Below, piece after piece: positions 19,750-30,809 of a stretch of 64,000 nt of DNA (within the stretch, counting starts at the first letter, position 1; each line of letters begins with the position of its first letter). The stretch spans positions 224,001-288,000 of the forward strand of contig CAWCPV010000007.1 in NCBI GenBank assembly GCA_963797555.1, given 5' to 3'. The stretch comes from an uncultured Gammaproteobacteria bacterium. Lineage in GTDB: Bacteria > Pseudomonadota > Gammaproteobacteria > CAWCPV01. The notes beneath the pieces were generated by a model. That model saw only the letters and a list, made by a program, of their open reading frames with translations, had not been told where the DNA came from and ran no database searches. The translations under genes were made by a program, and so were the position numbers.

Positions 19750-20652
19750 CTAGGCCGGAAGCCCGTGAGTAGTGGCGGGCAGCCCGGCGGCTTCTCTTTG
19801 GTCCAGGGCAATCGCCGCCCAGTCCAGCTCTGCCCGCCCGTTGGCCAGGCATCGCAGAAAGCGGTCTTCCAGCAGGGCGGCGAAGGGCATCGGCACCTGT
19901 TCGGCACGGGCCGTATCGCGTACCAGTCGCAGGTCCTTCGCGCCGAGCGCCAGCGAGAACCCGGCAGGCGAGAATCGGCCTTCGGCGATGACCTGCCCGT
20001 AGTTCTGGTAAATCGGACAGGCGAACAGGGTCTGGGCGAGCAGCTCATACATGGCCTTCGGCTCCACTCCGCCCTTTTCCGCGAGTGATAGCGCCTCGGC
20101 CATGGCCTCGATAGCGGCCGCAATCAAAAAGTTCCCGGCGAGCTTGACCACGTTCGCTGCGCTGGGCGCGGTCCCGAAGTCGAAAACTCCCTGACCCATG
20201 ACCTTCAGCAAGGGCTCGACCCGCCCCTTGGCAGCGCTGTCACCGGCGATGCACAGCCACAGCTTCCCGGCGGCCGCCGCATCGGGACGTCCGAACACCG
20301 GGCAGGCCAGGTACTGCACCCCGTGGCCCGCATGCGTGCTGGCAACCTCACGGGCGGTCTCGGGACTGACGGTGCTCATGGACACGTGCACGCCGTCGGG
20401 GCCTAGACGGGACAACACAGAATCGGTGACCACGGCACGCAGCGCTCGGTCGTCGGCGAGCATGGTGACGAGGATACCGCCGGGGCGGACCGCCTGCTCG
20501 GGGCTGGAGGTGCGCACGGCGCCCCTCGCTTCCAGAGGGGCTGCCTTCTCCGGCGTTCGGTTGTAGACCTTGAGGCTGTGGCCCGCGCCTAGCAGGCGCA
20601 ATGCCAAGCCAGTGCCCATGCGGCCGAGGCCAAAGAATGCGACTTCAGTCAT
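19750..20652 (-). CDS. NAD(P)-dependent oxidoreductase (3-hydroxyisobutyrate dehydrogenase family)
   Basis: GLGRMG, YNRTPEK, SMSTVSP, PVFGRP, VKLAGNF, LGAKDLRL. Confidence 0.9.
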   Translation of the reverse strand: MTEVAFFGLGRMGTGLALRLLGAGHSLKVYNRTPEKAAPLEARGAVRTSSPEQAVRPGGILVTMLADDRALRAVVTDSVLSRLGPDGVHVSMSTVSPETAREVASTHAGHGVQYLACPVFGRPDAAAAGKLWLCIAGDSAAKGRVEPLLKVMGQGVFDFGTAPSAANVVKLAGNFLIAAAIEAMAEALSLAEKGGVEPKAMYELLAQTLFACPIYQNYGQVIAEGRFSPAGFSLALGAKDLRLVRDTARAEQVPMPFAALLEDRFLRCLANGRAELDWAAIALDQREAAGLPATTHGLPA

Positions 20653-20979
20653 GCTCGTCTCCGGTTGGGGGTGGTACCCCTTGTTTGACCGCGGACCGGC
20701 GCTCGGTTTCGGCTTGGTCCAGCTCTTGTTCGCTGGCTTTCTGTTCAATCGCTGGCCCGCCGACCTGATGGCGCTGGTGTTGGCGATACTGCCGGACGAT
20801 CGGCAGGTTTCCCGCTAGTGTGCTCGACAGGGCCAACACGGTACCCGCCCGCCGCAAGGCTTGACGCCATCCTCGGTTACGGCGACGATTCCATCCATCA
20901 ACGCGTCGAATATCGAATATCCAGCCCAGCACGAAAACCTTGCTCAAGAATAAGGGGCGATTCGTAAAGGGAGAGACTC

Positions 20980-23900
20980 GTGTCCGAACTGCTGCCCGGG
21001 CAGCACGCACAGATCCTCGCCGACAAGCTCTATGACGGGCAGCTTGCGCTCTTTGTCGGCGCCGGGATCTCGCATCTGGCGAATGGCCCGGACGGACGGC
21101 GACTGCCTCTATGGAAGGGTCTTGCGGAACAAGTCGCTGCGGCCTGTCATGAGGACCTGGACTCCTATCGCCACATCCTGGATCTGTTCGATGCCATCGT
21201 CTATGGCCAGAGCCGCATGACGCTGGAGGAGGCGGTGCGGCAGGCGCTGGACGACCGCGGCTTCGAGCTTTCCGACGCCCACCTGGCCCTCAAAGACCTC
21301 CCCTGGGCGGCGGTGCTCAGCACCAACTACGATGGCCTGCTCGCGCGGCTGCTCGGCGAAGACCCTGTCTACGAGGAACAGGACTACGACCGGCTCCAGC
21401 TTGCCCCCGACCGTCAGCCGCACCTGTTCCAGATCCACGGCACCCTCGCCCGGCAGCACACGCTCACCCGCGAGGACTACCGCCTGTGGTCCGAAAAGCA
21501 CCCGTGGGCCTTCCGCCATCTGGAGGGCATCGTCCTCAACAAGACCGTGCTGTTCGTCGGCTATTCCCTGTCCGATCCGCATCTCGATAGCGTGCTGGCG
21601 ACAGTACGGGGAATCACGAAGGGGCGGAAGAAGCGCCTTTACGCCCTGGATGTGGAAGATGAAGGATGGACAGAAGGCGCTCCTCGACCGCCGCGACAAG
21701 ATCGAGGCGGTCCCCATCGAGAAAGAGGAAGACTGGGTACACGCCTTCCGGCAGGTCGCCGCGTGTTTGGAAAAGCGGCGGCGCGGCGCCCCCGCGCCCC
21801 CGGCGGCGGTGGCCGCGGATGCCTTCGCTTACGCCCGCGCCCAATATCTGGCGGGTCTCGAAGCCCATTACGGCGTCGCCAACCTTCAGGGGCTATATCA
21901 GTGGGGCGCGGGGTATGCTCGGGACGACGTGCTGCTGGACGAGGTCTTCGTCGAGCCGGACCTCGAACGCGCGGAGCGCGGCGCCCGAGCAGGTGAGGGA
22001 GCCGTCGCCGAGACGGAAGCGCTGGAGCGGGCAGGGCTGTCGTTTGCCATGCGCGCACGCCGGCGCGGAGAGCAGGCGCCGACTGCGAGCCGGACTCCGG
22101 CTTTCCAGGTGCTGGCCCAGGAACAGCGCGTGCTCATCGTCGGTGCGCCGGGACAGGGCAAGTCCACGCTGCTGGGCGCTTGGCTGCTCTCGGTCGCCGC
22201 TCGATGGCGCGAGCAGCCGGCCCTGCACCCGCTGCCGGTGCTGGTACGGCTCGCGGAATGGGAGAGCGACCCGCAGCGCGGCGAGGGGTGGCTCCGAGAG
22301 CACGTGAGCAGCAAACTGCCTCGGCTCGCCGAGGTGGGCTCGGCGGCGGTCGAGGCGTGGCTCCGGGGCCCGGTGCTGTGGCTGCTGGATGGCATCGACG
22401 AGGTGCGCGACCCCCACGAGCGCGGTCGGCTGCTAGCCGAGGTCCGGGCGACAGCGGCGATGCGCCCGCAGGATCGCTGGGCGGTCACGACCCGCCCGGC
22501 CGGGGAGCCGGCCGGCGGCATCGGCAGCGGCTGGCTGCGCTGCGAGCTGCCCAGCCTGTCCGACCCGCAGGTCGAGCAGGTGCTGGCGAAATGGGCGGGG
22601 GTGTTGCAGCGCAAGGAGCAGTTGGTGCTGGACCACCGGCAGATGGCTAGCGCCCTGAAAGCGGACCCTGGGCTGCGGCTGATGCGCGGCAATGGTCTGC
22701 TGCTGACCATGGCGGTGCTGTTCTACAAGTCGCGCAAGCGGCTCCCGCACCACCGCTGGGAGTTCTATGATGGCTCCGAGCAGGCGCTGCGCGATGGCTG
22801 GGTGCGCCATCGCCTGCAACAGGCGCAGCGCTACCTGCCCGGCGATTACCTGCCCGAACTCTTGGAAGTGCTCGCTCTCGATGGCATGGTCGAGGGCAGC
22901 GTGCTGTTCGCTGAAGAGGATGTCAAACAGGAGGCGGACAGCCTGCTGCGGGCACGGGGTTACAGCGGGGGTGAGCGGGACCAGGAGGTTGCGCGCCTGC
23001 TGGAGGCCGCCCGCGACCTGATTGGCGTCCTCGTGGAGCAGGGTCCCAGCCGATTCGGCTTCCTGCACGTCACCTTTCAGGAGTTCTATGCCGCCCGCGC
23101 GCTGGTCCACCGCAGCCAGAACGCCGCCGGGTACATCAAGGGCTACTGGGACCACCCGGACTGGCGCGAGGTCTGGCCGCTGTACCGGCTGGGCGTTCAG
23201 GCCGACCCGGCGCGGACGGCCGAGCTGTTCCAGACCATCCTGGCCGATGCTCACCCGCTGGATGAGTACCTGTTCCGCCCGCAGCTCGCCTGCCTGCGCC
23301 TGCTCGGGACAGGATCGGCCCCCGTTAGCCCCCCGGAGACAGGAGTGCTGGACTGGGCCCGCTCCATCATCGAGCGGACCACCCGCCCCTTCCAGGAAGT
23401 ATGCACCATCGTGCAGCGCTGGGAGCGGCCACTAGGTACCGAGTTGCGGGAAGCCCTGCTCGGGCGGCTCGCCGACCAGGACTGGAACGTGCGGTGGGCG
23501 GTGGCGCGGGCGCTCGCGGCGGCGGTGAGTGAGCCCGCGGTGCGGGAAGCTCTACTCGGGCGGCTCGCCGACGAGGACTGGAACGTGCGGTGGGCGGCGG
23601 CGCAGGCGCTCGCGGCGGCGGTGAGTGAGCCCGCGGTGCGGGAAGCCCTGCTCGGGCGGCTCGCCGACCAGGACTGGAACGTGCGGGGGGCGGCGGCGCA
23701 GGCGCTCGGGGCGGCGGTGAGTGAGCCCGCGGTGCGGGAAGCTCTACTCGGGCGGCTCGCCGACGAGGACTGGAACGTGCGGTGGGCGGCGGCGCAGGCG
23801 CTCGGGGCGGCGGTGAGTGAGCCCGCGGTGCGGGAAGCTCTACTCGGGCGGCTCGCCGACGAGGACTGGAACGTGCGGTGGGCGGCGGCGCAGGCGCTCG

Positions 23901-24448
23901 CGGCGGCGGTGAGTGAGCCCGCGGTGCGGGAAGCTCTACTCGGGCGGCTCGCCGACGAGGACTGGATCGTGCGGTGGGCGGCGGCGCAGGCGCTCGGGGC
24001 GGCGGTGAGTGAGCCCGCGGTGCGGGAAGCCCTGCTCGGGCGGCTCGCCGACCAGGACTGGAACGTGCGGGGGGCGGCGGCGCAGGCGCTCGGGGCGGCG
24101 GTGAGTGAGCCCGCGGTGCGCGAGGCCCTGCTCGGGCGGCTCGCCGACCAGGACTGGAACGTGCGGTGGGCGGCGGCGCAGGCGCTCGGGGCGGCGGTGA
24201 GTGAGCCCGCGGTGCGCGAGGCCCTGCTCGGGCGGCTCGCCGACCAGGACTGGAACGTGTGGCGGGCGGCGGCGCAGGCGCTCGGGGCGGCGGTGAGTGA
24301 GCCCGCGGTGCGGGAAGCTCTACTCGGGCGGCTCGCCGACCAGGACTGGAACGTGCGGTGGGCGGTGGCGCGGGCGCTCGCGGCGGCAGTCGCCTCCGAG
24401 AAGTTTGGGATACCGGCTCGCGATCTAGGCGACGTGATGCCCTGGTAG
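20980..24448 (+). CDS. NLR-like SIR2-NACHT-HEAT repeat protein (apparent +1 frameshift in CCC at 21644-21646)
   Basis: SIR2-like: FVGAGIS, STNYD, IHG, FVGYSLSDP; NACHT: GAPGQGKST, WLLDGIDE, FLHVTFQEFYAA; ten 32-aa HEAT repeats. Confidence 0.85.
23435..24394 (+). repeat. Ten tandem 96-bp coding repeats (HEAT/PBS-lyase-like, EPAVREALLGRLAD[QE]DWNVRWAAAQAL[AG]AAVS)
   Basis: GAGCCCGCGGTGCG recurs every 96 bp (23531, 23627, ...); units nearly identical at DNA level. Confidence 0.95.
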
Positions 24449-24532
24449 CTGGCGTCAACACGAAGGGAATGCAGTGAGACGCGGGAGGGCCGGCTAGCCG
24501 ATGCGCTTCTCCAAACCGCGCAACCGGTGACA

Positions 24533-25042
24533 ATGGCCGAGCCTCGAGCAATTCGCATCGTCCGCCGGATCAGCCTGATTTCCACAGGCGTCACGCTCGG
24601 CGCGACCGTGGCCCACGTGCTGGAGCTTCCCAACAAGCTCGCACTCGACGGGCCGCTCTGGCTCGCCGTCCAGCAGCACCTTTACCGCGGGTGGGGACCG
24701 TTCATCGGGCCGTTCGAGGTCACGGCCATCGTTTCGACGTGGCTGCTGCTCTTGCTAGTCCGTAAACGGCCGCCAACCTTCCGGTTGACGCTCCTCGCGG
24801 CGCTCTGTCTCAGCGCTGCACTGGCGATCTTCTTCGCTTTGAACGCGCCGGTGAACGCTGCGTTCGCGGCCTGGACCGCTGAAACGCTGCCGCCGAACTG
24901 GCCGACGTACCGTTTGCGCTGGGAGGTCGGCCACGCCGCGAGCTTCGTGCTGGCTTTCTTGGCGTTCGTCGCGCTGCTGCGTGGTCTGGTCGCCGATGCG
25001 GTCGCCAAGGCGTCCCAACCAGGAGGAACGCAGTCAATCTAG
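24533..25042 (+). CDS. DUF1772/anthrone oxygenase-like membrane protein, copy A
   Basis: AHVLELPNK, QQHLYRGWG, NAPVNA...W...RWEVGH; four TM segments. Confidence 0.7.
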   Translation: MAEPRAIRIVRRISLISTGVTLGATVAHVLELPNKLALDGPLWLAVQQHLYRGWGPFIGPFEVTAIVSTWLLLLLVRKRPPTFRLTLLAALCLSAALAIFFALNAPVNAAFAAWTAETLPPNWPTYRLRWEVGHAASFVLAFLAFVALLRGLVADAVAKASQPGGTQSI

Positions 25043-25151
25043 GGAAATGGGTCCGCGCAGTCGGAGTGACCTGATCATCATTTGGCGAGCCCCTCGGCCG
25101 GGCGGTTAAAGTTCGGTTTGGAAGGTGAATTGATCTCTTGGAGAAGGCGTC

Positions 25152-25223
25152 CATAGGATGCGCTGAGCTACGAAGCGCATCGGTCGCGAGCGATGCGGTT
25201 CCCTTCGTTCACCGCATCCTACG
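25152..25223. repeat. GTAG-type REP doublet (REPIN-like)
   Basis: CATAGGATGCGCTGAGC...GCGCATCG...CGATGCGGT...ACCGCATCCTACG inverted pair. Confidence 0.65.
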
Positions 25224-25377
25224 CGGGCTGGTAGCTGGCGGCCGCCCAGATGGAATGCAGTGGAGTCCGGGAAGGCCGGCCAGCCGATGCGCTCCTCCAA
25301 GCCGCGCAACGGCTATCCCGGCGCGGCGATGTTTGCCCGAGGCTCGGCCAATTCTGACCTGAAGGGAGGGGCATCTG

Positions 25378-25872
25378 ATGCTGCTTCGCATCGTCCGCTG
25401 GATCAGCCTGGTCTGCACAGGCGTCACGCTCGGCGTGACCGCGGCCCACGTGCTAGAGCTTCCCAACAAGCTCGCGCTCGGCGGTCCGCTCTGGCTCGCC
25501 GTTCAGCAGCACCTTTACCGCGGGTGGGGACCGTTCATCGGGCCGTTCGAAGTCGCGGCCATCGTTTCGACGTGGCTGCTGCTCTTGCGGGTCCGCAAAC
25601 GGCGGCCGGCCTTCCGGTGGACGCTCCTCGCGGCGCTCTGTCTCAGCGCTGCACTCGCGGTGTTCTTCGCCTTGAACGCACCGGTGAACGCTGCGTTCGC
25701 GACCTGGACCGCTGAAACGCTGCCGCCGGACTGGCCGACGTACCGCTTGCGTTGGGAGGTCGGCCACGCTGCGAGCTTCGTGCTGGTGCTGGTGGCGTTC
25801 ATCGCGCTGCTGCGCGGTCTGTTCGCCGATGCGGTCGACGAGGCGTCGCAGAGTAGGGGAACGGGGTCATGA
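25378..25872 (+). CDS. DUF1772/anthrone oxygenase-like membrane protein, copy B
   Basis: Highly similar tandem paralog of 24533-25042. Confidence 0.7.
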   Translation: MLLRIVRWISLVCTGVTLGVTAAHVLELPNKLALGGPLWLAVQQHLYRGWGPFIGPFEVAAIVSTWLLLLRVRKRRPAFRWTLLAALCLSAALAVFFALNAPVNAAFATWTAETLPPDWPTYRLRWEVGHAASFVLVLVAFIALLRGLFADAVDEASQSRGTGS

Positions 25873-25961
25873 ATTCCTTGAAAGCCCGTCACGCGCTCGG
25901 CGCGGCGGGTCTGTCGTCGAAAGATGTGCGGGGCGCCCGAGCGGAGCGCCCCGCAGTCGAC

Positions 25962-27194
25962 TTACTGTGGGCTACCGGGCGCGCTCGCCGGGGCTGTCCC
26001 GGGGGGCGGCGCGGTGGCGGCTGCAGTATGGCTCGGCGGGACCTGGGGAGCGGAAGCCGCAGGAGGCGGCGGAGCGGATCCGCCCGCAGGTGCAGCGCCC
26101 ATTGTGGGTACGGGTGGTGCCGGTGGGGGAGGGGGCCCATTCGCGGTCTGGGTAGCAGCGGGCGCCGCGGCACGGTTGGCGGGCGCCGTTCCGCCTGGAG
26201 TTTCTGCCTTTGCGGCTGCCGGAGCCGGCGCGGCGGCGGGCTTCCCGGCCGGAGCCTGTGCGACGGCGGGCGGCTTCGCCGGGGCCTTGACCAGCTTTTC
26301 GCGCTTGGCCTCGATCAACGGTTTGACCGTGAAGTCGGCGACCTTGAAGTAGTAGGGTGCATTCGAAGTCTTGAGCACGTATTCCGCGCCCTTGTCCGGC
26401 TTCGAGAAGACGTAGCTGCGCGGCTTGGTGCCCTTGGCAGTGACCGAAATCGAAAGCACCGGGGCGTCCTGCTTGTATTCGGGCTTCGCCTCCTTCCCCA
26501 GCACCGACACGAACCTCAGCTCGGCGAGCTGGCGGGCGATGGATTGGGCCTCCGAGGCATTGGTCTGCTCGCCCGCCGCCAGGCCGTCCACCTGCCACTT
26601 GCCGTCTTTGCGCTGTAGATGCAGCCCCGGCAGCGTGACCTCGGTGATGTCGTCCTCCTTCAGATCGAGATAGGACTTGTCCGTCCACCCGTCCGCGTCC
26701 GTGCTCGCCTCGTGGGCGGGAAGCTCCAGGTCATAGATCGCATCGTCACCGTCTGCGCGGCCGTAGACCCTCCGGAAGTTCGGCGAGTCTCCCAGCCACA
26801 GGGTGGCCAGAGACTTGTCCCCGGCGGCTAGGACGACTTTGTGCTCGAAGGCATCCGGGCTGACCTTGAAGCGCTTGGCAGCGGCCGCGCTGGTGGCGAC
26901 AGGGACGCGCTCGCGCAGCCCTTCGAGCTTCACGAGAAAATCCTCCACCTTGAGCTTGGCGGCGGGAAAGCCGCCCAGCGCCGGAAGCTGCCAGCTTCCG
27001 TCCTTGCGCTCCAGCACCAGGGCTTCCTTGCCCGGCTGTCCGACCGAGACTCGGGTGACCGCCTTGGCGTCGAAGTGCAGCAGTGGGTCGCCGCTTGGGA
27101 TCGCGCCTGATCCGCTGCCCGCGATGTCGAGGACCACGGCAAGCAGCACCTGCAGTCCGAGCACGACACCGAGTACGTTGATGAGTCGCTTCAT
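25962..27194 (-). CDS. DUF4340 domain protein with Pro/Ala-rich tail
   Basis: N-terminal TM helix; two repeated periplasmic units; usual position after GldG-like genes. Confidence 0.75.
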   Translation of the reverse strand: MKRLINVLGVVLGLQVLLAVVLDIAGSGSGAIPSGDPLLHFDAKAVTRVSVGQPGKEALVLERKDGSWQLPALGGFPAAKLKVEDFLVKLEGLRERVPVATSAAAAKRFKVSPDAFEHKVVLAAGDKSLATLWLGDSPNFRRVYGRADGDDAIYDLELPAHEASTDADGWTDKSYLDLKEDDITEVTLPGLHLQRKDGKWQVDGLAAGEQTNASEAQSIARQLAELRFVSVLGKEAKPEYKQDAPVLSISVTAKGTKPRSYVFSKPDKGAEYVLKTSNAPYYFKVADFTVKPLIEAKREKLVKAPAKPPAVAQAPAGKPAAAPAPAAAKAETPGGTAPANRAAAPAATQTANGPPPPPAPPVPTMGAAPAGGSAPPPPAASAPQVPPSHTAAATAPPPGTAPASAPGSPQ

Positions 27195-27196
27195 GC

Positions 27197-29510
27197 TCAG
27201 GCCCTCCCCAGGTTCAGCACGTCCCGATAGTGGCGCAGCCGACGGCTGCGGCTGCGACGCTGCAGGCCGTAGATGAGCGCCAGGCCGGCCAGTGCCAGGC
27301 CGTAGTTGAGATACTCCCAAAACATCTCGGCGTTCCGGCCCATGGGCTCGAGCATGCGCGAGAATTGCCCGCGGCCACGCAGGGCCAGCAGGCCGCGGTC
27401 CTCCAGCGACCAGTCCACCACATTCTCGATGAGTTGCACCGGCTTCAGATAGCGCGTCCCGGTCGCCCCCGCGGCCAGCCCCAGGGCCTCGTCGCTGAGG
27501 AAGCTGCTGGAGCCGATGAGCACCAGCCGCGCGGAGGAGGGTGAGCTGTCGATGACCCCGGAGACCACCGGCTTCTGCTCGGCCGTCTCCTTGGCCGATT
27601 TTTCGGTCGCGGTGGGCTTTTGATCGCTCTTCAGCAAGGGCGAGGGCTTGCCCTTGAAGTTGCTCGTGAAGCGGCCCTCGATCACCGCCCCCAGCAGCTT
27701 GGAGCCGCGGTCACCGCCTGGGGCGAAGCCGAGCTCGCCATGCGCCGAAAAGTTCGGCTCGATATCGGTGGACGGCGAAGTCCATGACTGCGCGGAGCTG
27801 CGCAGCAGCTCGACGACTCGGCGGTCCTTGTTCTTGGTGGAATCGATGCTGATCGGCGAAGCCCAGTTCAGCGTCAGTGTCGAGCGGCTCCGGTAGCGGG
27901 ATAGGCACGGTCTGGCCGTCGGACTCCAGCAGCATGTAAAAGTAGAAAGTGGTCGGGTCCAGCAGGCTCAACGCCAGAGGCTGAAAGCCGTACTTCTCCG
28001 CGATCTCTTTGGCCAGCGATCCATCGCCGGCGTCGGGGTCACGGATGTCCACCGTGAGCTTGCCGCCGGACTGCTGCTTCAGCTCCGCGAGCACCGCGTC
28101 CAGGTCCTTGCGCAGCGCAGGCAGCGGCTTGGGGAGCCGCTTGTCCGGGGAGATGAAGCCGCGGAACGTCACCGGCTTGCGCAGGGACTGGAACAGGTCG
28201 CCGCCGGCCTGGTAGCCGTACAAGACCTTCTTGATAGCGCGCGTGATGTCGTACTCGGGATTGCGCAAACGCACGTCCAGGTCGGTCTCGCCGCGCCGCT
28301 TCACCTCGATCAGGTCGCGGAAGCCGAGCTTCTCGAACTGGTCGCCGTACTGGACCAGGATGTCGAAATAGGAGTTGACCACCGAGGTCTGGTACTTGCT
28401 GGCGCTCTGGAAGGCCACCGGGCGGATGCCGTATTTCTCGCCCGCCTCGCGCTCGATCTCGGGGTTTTCCTGCGGGTCTACGAACTCCACGCGCACCTTG
28501 CCGCGTCCGGCCACCTCGTACTCCTTGAGCAGGTCGCGGATTTGCGGCACCAGCGGACTGAGCAGGGGGTGCGTCTTGGCGCTGAAGTAGCCGCGGATGA
28601 GCAGAGGCTCCCGCAACTGCGCCAGATAATGCCGGGTGGCGTCCGAGATCGAATACACGTGTCCCTCGGTGATGTCGGCGCGCGCCCAGCCGATCTGCTG
28701 CAGCCACAGGTTGCCGGCCAGAAAGTTGGCGGCGAACAACGCGGTCGCCAGCCCCCAGCGCCGGTGGACCTCGGGCCTCTTGCTGTCCGCGGCCCAGCGC
28801 AGGTGCTCCAGAGTGTAGACGTTGAGGGTGAGGAACACCCCCACGATGCTGAGGTAGTAATAGAGATCCCGCAGGTCGATGACGCCGCGGGTGATGGACT
28901 CGAAGCGCGATCCGGTTCCGAGAAGCTGGAGCAGCTCGCCCCCGCGGTGCCCCAGCAGATGGGTCAAGGCATCCGAGCCGATGAGATAGAAGACGCCGCA
29001 CACCAGAGCCGTGCCGATGAGGCTGACGATGGCGTTGTCGGTGCGCGCCGAGATGAACAGGCCGATGGAGATGTAGGCGGCGGCCAGCAGCAGGGCGGCG
29101 ATGTAGCCTCCGACCACCGGGCCCCAGTCCAGCGGTCCGAGGAGACTGACGGTCACCGGCAGAGGCAGGGTCAGCAGCAGGGCCACGGCCACCAGCGCCA
29201 GACTGGCCAGGAATTTGCCGAGCACGAGCTGCAGCGTGGACACCGGCAGAGTCATGAGGGTCTCTAGGGTGCCCGCCCTGCGCTCCTCGCTCCACAGCCG
29301 CATGGTCAAGGCGGCGACCAGGAAGATGAGCAGCAGCGGCATCCACTCGAACAGGGGGCGCACGTCGGCGATGTTGCGGGCGAAGAAGGTCTCCACCCAG
29401 AAGAAGACGAACAGGGAAACGGCCAGGAAGGCGCCCAGGAAGATGTAGGCCACGGGCGAGGAGAAGAAGGCCCACAGCTCCTTGCGGGCCACACGAATCA
29501 GGTCAGGCAT
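27197..29510 (-). pseudogene. ABC-2 permease-GldG fusion with internal deletion and frameshift near 27885
   Basis: RKELWAFFSSPVAY, WSEERRAGTLE, DITEGHVYSIS, EYDITRAIKK; junction PEPLD|LTLNWASPI changes frame. Confidence 0.75.
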
Positions 29511-30444
29511 GAGCGGCCTCCTCGCTGTGCTGGCTGTTGATCTCGCCGAACACCGTCTCCAGGTCGCGGCGCTCGGGCTCCAGGCCGTACAGGCGCAAGC
29601 CTCCGTCCATCACCGCACGGGCCACCTGCGGCGCGGCCGCATTGGGGTCGGCCGTGTCCAGGGCATAGCGGTGGACGCCGTCGACGGCCTCCAGGTGGCG
29701 CACCGCGCTCACCCCCGCAACCCCGCCCAACACGGGCTGCACCTGCTCCGGCGCGCCGTCCGCGGTGACCAGCAGGCGATGGGTGACGTTGAGGTCGGCG
29801 AGGCGGGAATCCAGAGCCAGCCGGCCGCTGTGGATGATGAGCACCCGGCCGCACACCGCCTCCACTTCCTGCAGGATGTGGGTGGACAGCAGCACCGTGG
29901 CGTTCTCCGCCAGCTCGTGGATGAGCGAGCGCATGTGCTGAATCTGGGTCGGGTCCAGGCCGTTGGTCGGCTCGTCGAGGACGAGGATGTCCGGCTCGTG
30001 CAGGATGGCTTGGGCGACCCCCACCCGCTGCCGGTAGCCCCGTGACAGCGTTCCGATGACGTCGGCCGCCTTGGGCCCTAGCTCGGTGCGAGCGATGGCG
30101 CTGCGCACCGCCGCGAGCCGCTTGTGATCGGGGATGCCGTGCAGTCCTGCGTGGTATTCCAGGAAATCGATGACGGTCATCTCCGGATAGAGCGGACAGT
30201 TTTCGGCCAGATAGCCGATGCGGCGCTGCGCCGCCTGCCGATGTTCCGCCAAGTCCTCCCCGTCCAGGGTGATGCGCCCGGCGGAAGGCTCCAGAGAGCC
30301 GGTCAGCATCTTCATGATGGTGGTCTTCCCGGCCCCGTTGTGGCCGAGCAGTCCGACGACCTCGCCGCGCTGGATCTCGAACGAGACCCCGTCCACCGCC
30401 ATCAAGTCGCCGTAGCTTCGCGACAACTGTTCTGCCTCGATCAT
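29503..30444 (-). CDS. ABC transporter ATP-binding protein (GldA-like)
   Basis: GHNGAGKTT, LSRGYRQR, LDEPTNGLDP, STH. Confidence 0.92.
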   Translation of the reverse strand: MIEAEQLSRSYGDLMAVDGVSFEIQRGEVVGLLGHNGAGKTTIMKMLTGSLEPSAGRITLDGEDLAEHRQAAQRRIGYLAENCPLYPEMTVIDFLEYHAGLHGIPDHKRLAAVRSAIARTELGPKAADVIGTLSRGYRQRVGVAQAILHEPDILVLDEPTNGLDPTQIQHMRSLIHELAENATVLLSTHILQEVEAVCGRVLIIHSGRLALDSRLADLNVTHRLLVTADGAPEQVQPVLGGVAGVSAVRHLEAVDGVHRYALDTADPNAAAPQVARAVMDGGLRLYGLEPERRDLETVFGEINSQHSEEAAHA

Positions 30445-30809
30445 GCGAAACCCCTTGCTCCGTGTACCATATCGAGAGACGGGCGAGCGCCCGCCGGCTG
30501 ACTTAAACGTCTGGTACGACCGGGCAGCCGGGAGGAAGTTCACGGCGGGTAGGGCAGTCAGGGCCGGGCAGCCATGCCCGGTGCAGATCTCACCGCGTCG
30601 AGAGGATCTGCTGTCGATGAGCATAGCTCTGCAGGTGTCCGGCCGCGCATGGGATTGGAGGCATGGACCGTGCCCGGTCCGCCCAATGGCGAGACCTTGC
30701 GGCGCACTGGCGCCAGCCAGCCCCCTTGAACCAACCGGTACATGGCTGATCCAACGATAAGGTTCCCCGTGACGATCTCAGACAATACATCCGCCGAGCA
30801 ACGAGCCCA

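Noticed and set aside
23435-24394. CRISPR array
   Set aside because: The 96-bp units are contiguous, in frame and have no unique spacers; no cas genes in the window
23251-24636. Long repetitive minus-strand ORFs (461 aa and 394 aa)
   Set aside because: Antisense shadows of the GC-rich HEAT repeat array
24443-25872. Diversity-generating retroelement template/variable repeat pair
   Set aside because: Whole-gene duplication with differences not restricted to adenines; no reverse transcriptase in the window
25924-26352. Gly/Ala-rich plus-strand ORF
   Set aside because: Antisense to the Pro/Ala-rich tail of the DUF4340 protein
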